NCBI GenBank assembly: GCA_964016885.1
Contig: OZ024743.1
Span: 68,014,001 to 68,078,000, forward strand
DNA length: 64,000 nt
Origin: Eledone cirrhosa
Lineage: Eukaryota
Reading direction: 5' to 3'
The position numbers and the translations under genes are program-made. The notes beneath the pieces were generated by a model, which worked only from the letters and a program-made list of their open reading frames with translations, did no database searches and was not told the DNA's origin. This document shows positions 53,621-64,000 of the stretch, one piece after another. Position 1 is the first letter of the stretch. The number at the start of each line of letters is the position of its first letter.

Positions 53621-54699
53621 CAATAGAATAATAATACATACTAAAATAAAGTAATAGAAAGGGGATTAGAGGAGAAGACGCTCCATACCAGTCTAGGTGG
53701 TATATCTCAGTGACAATCGCTGAAACTACCTCTCCGATTAACAAGACTTCTTCCTTATATGTGATGCACACTTCACAATTTAACTGAAGAAAATGGCAGT
53801 ACAGGGTCTGATTACATCGGAGGTCTCATAGGTGACCGAACAAAAAGGATGCGATCGGTTAAATCCCTGTATTTGGATATCATTGACTCCTCTAAGTTAA
53901 GGGTGTCAATGCCGCCATGTTTGGCGAAATCGACAAAATTGGTGAGGAAGGGTGTTTCGCCGACGCTGGTGTTCAAGACGAATGATTTGATTTACTAAAC
54001 GCGAGTCTGGGTTCTTGCCTCACCTTATACCGTTGTTTTTCTCCTGTTAGCTTATTTTCACAGTAAGGTTTTCAACATGTCTATACTGGGTGTTTTATCA
54101 ATTTCTCTATTGTTACTAAATGTTGACCAACAGAAGTTTTGTAGTTTGTTATTAAAAGAGTGATCTCGCTGTACCGTTTATCTCGAAAGCAATACCTTTT
54201 AAATCTATTATTTACGTGGAAATTTATTTTCGTTTGAAACACTCCAATGTTAACGGTCGTGTTTGTGAATTATTTATATTGTATTTAATAATCATACACT
54301 AAGTATTTTTTGTTAATTTTTCTAGAAATGTTAAAAACTTTTATTTGGGCTGTTTTGCTTGCTTCGTTGTGCAGAAAATCTATTTTTTATTAATTTTCTT
54401 ATTCATTTAACTATATAATATGTTAGAAATTGTTTTGTTAACGCTACATTGTTTATTTAATCCCATATAGCCTATTGTTTTGAGTATGCAAGTGTATAGG
54501 AAATTGTTTAATCGGGTAATAGAATTAATATCACGATATTAATATAGCCAATAGAATTAGAAATATTATTGATTTCTAATTTTAACACAAAGAGGAAAGG
54601 GCAAAGTTGGCTAAATCCACACAATTACTTGACTAGCAGTTTATTTTATCGACCTTGGAAGAATGAAAGATAGTTTTGACCTTGGCGGCATTTGAACAC

Positions 54700-55030
54700 T
54701 TCTTCTTCACCCACTTATTCCTGAGAGGCTCGTGGGGATAGAGTCCTAAAACACTCTTTTCAATGTGTCCTGTCAGAAGTAACCGTCTCCAACTGACCCG
54801 GCTGGATCCACAAATGACCAGCCAAGCTCATGGATATTATCCAACTATTTTGATCGGGGTCTACCCCTCGGTTTTCCGCTGGTTGGTTTTGCCCGTAAAA
54901 TCTGTCCAGTGATTCTTTCTTGAGACATTCTTACTACATGTCCCATAGTATCGGAGTTGGGATCTCTGAATTCAGAGATAGCGGCTCTATCTGGAGTAAT
55001 TCTCTGATCTCCAAGCTACGCAACTGAGTA
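54700..55030 (-). mobile_element. RTE-like LINE 3' fragment (homologous to 59360-59610)
   Basis: Shared GACCAGCCAAGCTCATGGATATTATCCAACTA...GGTTGGTTTTGC..AAAATCTGTCCAG; (GAA)n-like tail at 54700-54708. Confidence 0.6.
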
Positions 55031-55844
55031 ACTTTACACGATTTGAACCCAGATACAGAATAAACACCATCATTACATTTTATCCGATGCTCTACCAATT
55101 CTGACGATCCACCAACTTTAGACAGAAGGCCATCAATTTTGAAAAGTCGTTTAATCAGAGCAAAGTATTAGACCATTACTTTATTTAAATGACCCCGGAA
55201 GAATGAAATGCAAACTTGAAACTAACAGGATTTTAACTGAGTAAGTAAACAGTCGGAACACACATCACAATGACATTTTATTCGACGCTCTACCAATTCT
55301 ACCAATACACCGTCTTTTGTAGAGATTAATATTGTGATTTGTAATATATATTTGCTGATACTGTCTTTATATCTATGTTGGTTTTTAAGAGAGTCACTTA
55401 AACGTATGCCAACAATTCATATGACTGATTTAAGCCTGTTTTAAGTATTTTAACAAGCTTTTACTATATGAATCGTTGGTTTTTCATTCAACAACTATGG
55501 AGTATTGCCAAGTTACAACATCCATAGACGCCAGATGTGTTACCAATAAGATTGCTTTGTTATGCTCATCGGTAAACAGTAATATTACTATTTCAATAAA
55601 TACTGTTACGCCATTATTACTATTATTACTAATATCATTGCCATCGCTGGTATCAGTGCTATAAAATATATATTGTAACGGTCACTCTTTACAGTATTGA
55701 TTTCTATCTTCGATAACCAATATTCTCTCTTTCTGGGGATTTTACTATTGCCAATGTGGTGGAATATTTGATTTGTTTGTTTGTCTTTTAATATGCTAGA
55801 CATTTTACAGTTACATGTCGAATTTATGATTATTATTGTTGTCA

Positions 55845-55856
55845 CTCCTCCTCCTC

Positions 55857-55890
<34 letters not shown>

Positions 55891-55914
55891 CGCCACCACC
55901 GCTACTACTACTAC

Positions 55915-55947
<33 letters not shown>

Positions 55948-56545
55948 GACCAACGCAACCACCACCACTGCTACTAATTTTAGTACTGATATTGTTATTA
56001 GTATTGAATAAATGTCGTGGGCCCTTGTGGCCAACGAAATTCATCACCATCATCATCACCATCATGATCATCGTCGTCATCATCATCATTATCATCATCA
56101 TCATTATCATCATCATCATCATCATCATCACCACCTTCATCACCACCACCATCACCACCATGATCATCGTCGTCATCATCATTATCATCATCATCATCAT
56201 CATCATCACCAGCATTATCATCATCATCATCATTATCGCCACTATCATCATCACCACCGTCACCATCACCACCACCACCACCATCATCAGCATCACCACC
56301 ACCATCATCATCATCATCATCATCACCATCATCATCACCACCATTATCACCACCACCATCACCATCATTACCACCATCATTAGCATTATCATCGTCATCA
56401 TTATTAATAGTATTATTATTGATATACTCACGTATTTCAGATGAGATTACATACTGCTTTCATAGTTGTTGTTGTTATTGTTGTTGTTGTTGTTGTTATT
56501 GTTGTTGTTGTTTTTGTTGTTGTTTTTGTTGTTGTTATTATTATT
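55845..56545. repeat. Compound trinucleotide microsatellite (CTA/CCA/CAT/TTG) containing a LINE-like 3' terminus
   Basis: GGGCCCTTGTGGCCAACGAAAT at 56018-56040 followed by ~360 bp of (CAT/CAC)n. Confidence 0.85.
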
Positions 56546-58753
56546 CAATATTTCCTATAAAGGGATGAGCTAACGAAATGGAAACTATATTCCAAAAATA
56601 GATAATTTACAATAAACAAGACAAGAATACACATACACATTCACACCCAAACACGCACACTCACACACAAACACTCCCCCCATACACACACTCTCTCTCA
56701 CACATAGACACTCACTCTCCCACTCTCTCTCACACATACCCACTCACTCCCAGACACTCATATACACACACAATTCCACATTCACAATCAAACACACACT
56801 CACAAACACACACACTCACACACACATACAAACACACACACACACTCTCTCTCACGCATGTCCACTCACTCCCACACTCACTCATATACTCACAGATTCA
56901 CATATACTGAAAGAAAGAGAGCAATTTGTTAGACTGTTGGACTTGCGGTATTTGACTCGGTATTTTGAAATATGAGTTCAAATCCCATCGATGCCACTTT
57001 TGACTTAATTCTTTTGGGACTAGATAAAATAAAGTACCTTTCGACGGAGCGGAGCCGGCTTAAACATGTCACTTTGCCTGAGATATCTTGCTCAGTACGT
57101 CTATAACTCGTTTTAACTGTAATAGTATCGGTCACATTCCAATAGATTTTTCCTCGAGCATGTGGCAACGGAAACTTCTACAGCTGTTGGCCCCCGAACC
57201 ATTTCCATACTCACTGCTATTGGGGTGGAGTTGTCTCAGTAAGAGTCAGCCTTGTGAGCTGTAGTGGCTTTTCCAGCGCGACTCCCTCGCCATTAATCGG
57301 GACAACGCCTTTTCCATTCTGCCCGCAAGGACTGTAACGTGGATTAACCATTAAATGAGAATCAAGACATTCATGTTTTAAACATATTCTAAATGTATGG
57401 ACAAGTGTGTGTGTTAATGTGGTGTGGTAAGTAAATATAAATGTATACACCAGGTCCGAACACGATGGAACCAAACTCCGACTGTCACTGCCTCCGGATC
57501 TCCCGCTCTCCTCATCTCTCACGATTATAAGCAAAAAGGGACCCACGCGCTGGCCGCCCCATGGGCCCGGTAGGCAGAATAGTGAAGGTGTTTCACCGGA
57601 GAATGGTGAAAGAGACACGCTGGAAGAGCAATTCCAGTACGCAAGGCTCCCACCTGCAGGAAGTCAACTCTGTGTCGATAATGGTGGATAGAGAGGTGTT
57701 CTTACGGCCATGGACGCCATGAGTCTCTACTGCTACGGGCTAGAGCGCAAACTTGTCGGACAGCTTTATTTGGAGAATTTACCCTGCTCGGGCCGAAGTG
57801 CAGCAAATCCTGGATTAGTTGCAGACTGCACATGATTGCCACTGGAGAATGTGTCACTGCATGTGACACCCCACATGAGGTGTTTACCACGTTGAATTAT
57901 TGGTTGTGTTGCTGTATTGTTGTGGTAAATGATTCTTATCGAAGACATTAAGTAGCAACACCTTCCATTATTATTCACAATTTCCTGTCGGTCAACAAAT
58001 TAACTATAATTTCTTGTCACCATTGTTATCATTGCTGTTGTTGTTGTAGCTGTTATTGTTGTTGGTCTGTCGCTATTGTACATATTGTTAGATTTGTTAT
58101 TATACTTGTTGGTAGAACTGTATATGGTAGAGGTGGCAGATCATACTACTGAGTGAAGGGGGGGGGGGGTAATGTATGTTGTCGAGGTAATAGTTGATGT
58201 TTGACACGATGATGATGATGATGGTGGTGGAAGTATTGATCATGATGATGATGATGTTGCTAGTAATGTCGATAAATTCTTAAGCCAAGTAGTTAATAGG
58301 TTACGGTGAAAAGCAGCCATACTTTATATATCCTCGTATGATCAATGGAGTGAGAAGCTAGCGTGACAACTTGTTACTCTGGCGTGTGTATGTGTGTGTT
58401 TGTATGTGAGTGAGTGTGTGACAGAGAGATTGTATGTAAGTGTGTATATTTGAGTGCGCGTAGAATTATTTGTTCATTGGCTTTGTCTACTTGTTTCTTT
58501 TACGAACAGTTCTTGAAAAAGGATCTTTCTGGCAAGGAGGAATGATTGAGAATGAAAGAGAAAGGAAGTTGGGGGGAGGGGGAGGTGAAGGAATCAGTAA
58601 GAGAGAATAAATAAGAGAAGAAAAAGTGGAAAAGTGACAGTGGACAAATATAGAAAAATATATCCCATTTTGCCTCTCCCCCTTCTCTATCTACGTATCA
58701 AGTAGAAATACACGGACACACACACGCACACACGCACGCATACACACACACAC

Positions 58754-58800
<47 letters not shown>

Positions 58801-58845
58801 CATATATGTGTGTGTGTGTGTGTGTATATATATAACGACGTTTTT

Positions 58846-58888
<43 letters not shown>

Positions 58889-58930
58889 ATTTATGTATCT
58901 ATTTATTTATAGGTATATGTATGTATAATG

Positions 58931-58968
<38 letters not shown>

Positions 58969-59014
58969 CATTATACATACATATATCTATAAATAAATAG
59001 ATAAATAATATACC

Positions 59015-59083
<69 letters not shown>

Positions 59084-59359
59084 GCAAAAAAACGTCGTTT
59101 TTCTGTTATATTTATTGTGTGGTGCAATATAAAATATAATCTCAATAAACCGCTGTATTACTACAGGTAGAATCAAATGATTTTTCGGTTGACAGCAAAT
59201 ATCAATCTACCAGACCAGTTTCAAATATTGATTGCGAATCATCCGAGATATCAAAAAATATGATCGGCTCACTGTGACAAATATAGCTAATAAACGTATT
59301 GCTATTTATATATAGTCACTAAATATATTGGGAAAATGAATAGGCATTTGACAAGACAA

Positions 59360-60310
59360 ATGTCCCTTGAGAGGGTACTGGGCGCAGAGTCCTCACACAA
59401 TCCTTCCAACGGTTCCCGTAAGAAGCAACCATCTCCAAATGATCGAAATGTATCCGCAAGCGTGACCAGCCAAGCTCATGGATATTATCCAACTATCTAA
59501 CATGGATTCTGCCCATGGGTCTACTGTTGGTTGGTTTTGCTCTCAAAATCTGTCCAGCCTTTCTTTCCTGAGAAATTCTAACCCCATAGTGTGACTCTCT
59601 GGTTTCCGAGCTCCGTACTCTATAAAATAATTGTTTCTACTTTAGGCACAAGGCCAGCAATTACCCAGTGCATTACTGGTACTTTATTTTATCGACCCCG
59701 TAAGGATAAAAGGCAAAGTTAACCTCGGCGGGATTTGAACGTACTCTATAAAATAATGTTACTCGAAAGACCATTCGGAGGAACCCCCTTTCGGCCGCTT
59801 CTATTTCATGATCGTATTCTTTCCGTCATTACCCAAGAATCATGATCATATGTGAGGGTTGGCACGAATACCGAATTGAAGATAGCGTGTTTGGCTTTTA
59901 TGCCTACCTCCCTTCTTCTGAATATTAAATGCTGAAGTTTGCACATTATTGCACCAGCTCCTGCAATTCTTGCACTCAATTCAGTTTCCTGCATTCCATC
60001 ACTCGTGAACACGGTCCAGAGATACATAAACTTCTCTACTTGCTTCAATGGAAATTCATTTAAATGCTGAGTACATGGAGGGGACGAACTTCTCAGTTTA
60101 CGCAGCACTTATTTTCATTCCAGCCTAGCAGCACTCGGCCTCAAACCTATCCAGTGCAAGTTGGAGCTCACTTCTATACAGTTAAGTAACACCATGTCGT
60201 CTGTAAATTACAGTCGACTGATTTTACAGCCAGCTGTTATGATATCGCTTCCAACCTGGCTGCGCATGTCAATCCTGTTCATGTAAATAATGAACAAGTG
60301 AGGATACATG
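59360..60310 (-). mobile_element. Decayed RTE-clade (Rex3/Expander-like) LINE interrupted by SINE-A
   Basis: LKQVEKFMYL..FTSDG..ELSARIAGAGA..AKHAIFNSVFVPTLTY..SWVMTERIRS. Confidence 0.8.
59632..59739 (-). mobile_element. 5'-truncated SINE-A with an 18-bp target-site duplication
   Basis: CGTACTCTATAAAATAAT at 59614-59631 and 59740-59757. Confidence 0.9.
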
Positions 60311-60815
60311 TCATATAACTATATTTTCACTAGTGATCTGAATTGAGTACTAAATTCGAACTGTTCTCCATTACTCTTATAATAATAAAACTAACAAATA
60401 TATATATATATATATAGTCAATAAATTCATTGAGTTTTATAAATCGCTTAATTTCAAAGAAAAATAAATTTGTTGAAAATTGCCCAGATAGTGTGAATTC
60501 TCTTGTGTGTTGCGAAAACAAATTTACTTTGCAACACGCTGCAATTATGGCAGAAAATAAACACTCTTTAGTGTATAATTAATTAATTAATTTGAATAAA
60601 TCGCCAAATAACATCTAGTTATGTAAATCGAACTAGTCAGTTGTGAAATCTCATTAGATTTGTTGATAATATGCAGTTGTTAGCTATTTCTATCCGTGGG
60701 CAGATCAAATGGTATTCTATCACTGACGAGTTTATTTACAAATGTCAAAATATGACGAAAAATTTCTTATCATGCAAAAGAGGTTAAACCTTTGCCTGAT
60801 TACACACATACACAA

Positions 60816-60855
<40 letters not shown>

Positions 60856-60941
60856 GCGCACGCACACAGATATATATATATATATAAAGTATATGTGTGT
60901 ATATTGATATTATATATATAAATGTATGTATATATACATAT

Positions 60942-61005
<64 letters not shown>

Positions 61006-61022
<17 letters not shown>

Positions 61023-61207
61023 TGTTTCTACTTTAGGCACAAGGCCAGCAAATACCCAGTACATTACTGGTACTTTATTTTATCGATCCCGTAATGATGA
61101 AAGGCAAAGTTAACCTAGGCGGGATTTGAACTCAGACTGTAAAGGCACGTAACTATGCTAGAAAGCATGGCGTCCAACCCTCTACCGATACTGCCAATTC
61201 AGCGCCC
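61006..61207 (-). mobile_element. SINE-A, full length with (TTA)n tail
   Basis: Reverse complement of the 16950-17142 consensus. Confidence 0.9.
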
Positions 61208-61209
61208 TC

Positions 61210-61365
61210 TGACTATGAGTAGGAAGCTGTCATTCCCTGACGTTATCTGACGGGAATCAGTAGACAGGACCTGGGGGCAGCGATGGGGGACAGGGAATTC
61301 TGGGGCATGAGAGTGAGATCCGTCATCTCGACAGTAGTCGACGAATGATGATGATGATGATGATA
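61210..61365 (+). mobile_element. RTE-like LINE 3' end with (GAT)n tail
   Basis: DLGAAMGDREFW-like coding end, TCGAC/GTCGA stem-loop, (GAT)n. Confidence 0.55.
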
Positions 61366-61569
61366 TATAATAATAAAAATGATACTATTTATAGTTATGT
61401 ATATACTATAAACAACTATAAAGAGGAAAGGCCAGTAGTTTATTACTACCAGTAAGAGAAATAGCTCAATTACTACCAGCTTTATTACTATAGCTTTATT
61501 ACTATAGCTTTATTACTACCAGTAAGAGAAATAGCTCAATAAGACCAGGTGTTTTATAGAGCAGGAATA

Positions 61570-62185
<616 letters not shown>

Positions 62186-62396
62186 GAAGGAGGTGTGGTA
62201 ATGTTCCAGATGGATTATAACGCACCAGAGTACTCAATACTTAGGGTAGTAGAGAGGGTAATAGAAAAATGTTTAACACCGACGGCAGATCTCAAGCCGT
62301 TTCGACGGCTATTTCAGGTTCAGAAATAGCCGTCGAAACGGCTTGAGCCCTGCCGTCGGGGTTAAACATTTTCCTATATATATATATATATATATA

Positions 62397-62972
62397 TGGT
62401 GGCTGCCAACTCGTTTTCGAGTACGGCCACTACTTTATATCCATGTATGAGAAACTGTACCCATGCGCTGAACGAGTGTGACTTTTTAGTGCAGCCAGCG
62501 ACTTGAAAATACTGGTACAAACACTACACTTGTGACAATTATTGACACATAGTGCTAGGCCTATGGTACCATGTCACGACAAGTGCAGAGAGATCTGCAG
62601 ATATAAAGCAATACCTGTGCTGTGAAGCTTTTATAGTCACCAAAGGCACTGCACAAAGCCAGTCCATCTCTCTTAACCAAGATGATATTTTCCAAAAAGA
62701 AGAACAAGTCAACATCATTGGATACCATCAGAGATGCAGGTGTTATATCAGAGTTTTCCTTCTCCTAGAATTCTGCCTTGACAAAGGCTAAGGGGTCATC
62801 TCTCCCGGTGATTTTGGCTGGCCATTGACTCTTAAGAGCTCCTTTGCCCTTTGACAGGTTTTGTTTTTAGTCCTGCAGGATGTCCAAAGTCACCCTCCTC
62901 ACCAAGAAACCTTGGTGGGATTGCCTGTTTAATCACCAACAACCCGACCATGAGACAGGTTCTACTGGGATA
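62397..62972 (-). mobile_element. Internally deleted, non-autonomous RTE derivative in (TA)n
   Basis: 3' part encodes HKCSVCTSIFKSLAALKSHTRSAH and ends GGCCGTACTCGAAAACGAGTTGGCAGCCACCA, like 2531-2563. The 5' part resembles an RTE 5'UTR; no RT. Confidence 0.65.
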
Positions 62973-62991
62973 CATATATATATATATATAT

Positions 62992-63051
<60 letters not shown>

Positions 63052-63094
63052 CGTGTGTGTATGTGCATATATATATATATATATATATGTATGC

Positions 63095-63130
<36 letters not shown>

Positions 63131-63138
63131 GTGTATGC

Positions 63139-63208
<70 letters not shown>

Positions 63209-63219
63209 ATACATACGTG

Positions 63220-63288
<69 letters not shown>

Positions 63289-63835
63289 ATATGTATCTAT
63301 CTATGTATCTATGGATATATAGATATATATGTATATTTGCGTGTGCGTATGTATATGTCTATGGATGTGTATTGTATGCGTAGGCACATGCCTGGACCGT
63401 AACTATTATTTACTTTACTATTTTATTAAACTCTGGATCTGGAAATCACTCGGTTATTCTAAACAGAATATTAGTCTCCATTTATACCATAAATTTGTTT
63501 GCAAGAATTTGTCCTCCCCGCTTCACATAACGACGTAATTATATTCGATTTCTTTCCGTTCATTGCCAGTGAACGTCTTCACGAACCAAAGTATCGTCTA
63601 TCTGTTTTCCTTCGGTTGTAACGTTTTTCTAATTATTTACTTCTGCGCACACAGATTGATTTTTTAAAGTTTCAGACGTGAAAATGGTGAAAGCTGCGAT
63701 TATGTGCTTTAACTTTAATCTGTTCTTATAAAAAATATTTATTTATATATAGATATATATAGATGTAATCCTTATCGAGCCCTCTTCGGATTTTAGTCTT
63801 CACATTTATTATTATTATTATATATATATATATAT

Positions 63836-64000
63836 GGGTGGTGGATTGGCAGTATCGATAGAGGGTCGGACGCCATGTTTTGACGCATAGAGTTACGGCC
63901 CTTGCCATTCTGAGTTCAAATCTCGCCGAGGTTAACTTTGCCTTTCATCCTTACGGGGTCGATAAAATAAAGTTTCAGTCATGCACTGGGATAATTGCTG
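63836..64000 (+). mobile_element. SINE-A, cut by the window end
   Basis: TTGGCAGTATCGATAGAG..GAGTTCAAATCTCGCC..GCCTTTCATCCTTACGGGGTCGATAAAAT. Confidence 0.88.

Noticed and set aside
53690-53930. Segment resembling another cephalopod SINE family
   Set aside because: Single copy in the window and based on recollection only; cannot be supported from this sequence.

Overview
AT-rich eukaryotic DNA dominated by (TA)n, (CA)n and (TTA)n microsatellites and by retroelements. The abundant SINE resembles octopod-cephalopod OR2/Nin-domain SINEs, so the host is probably an octopod (inference). No host gene can be confidently identified; there are only a few candidate micro-exons. The main feature is a ~19 kb head-to-tail array (33.6-52.8 kb) built in a (TTA)n SINE tail. 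It holds three distinct full-length Tx1/L1-clade LINEs, a Dong/R4-like fragment and SINE pieces, and decay decreases from left to right. The three LINEs share a structured 5'UTR, a perfect AG|GTAAGT splice donor at the ORF1 stop inside a predicted hairpin, an unannotated ORF1 C-terminal domain, and a 3' end that matches the SINE tail. Elsewhere: a near-intact Penelope-like element with inverted and direct pseudo-LTRs (25.6-31.2 kb), a second Penelope remnant, and many short fold-back elements in (TA)n. Several carry minimal hammerhead ribozyme motifs, including a U3-A8 core variant in two families. There are also RTE-clade LINEs with C-terminal C2H2 fingers and an internally deleted RTE derivative. 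All family calls come from motif reading by eye; no database search was run.
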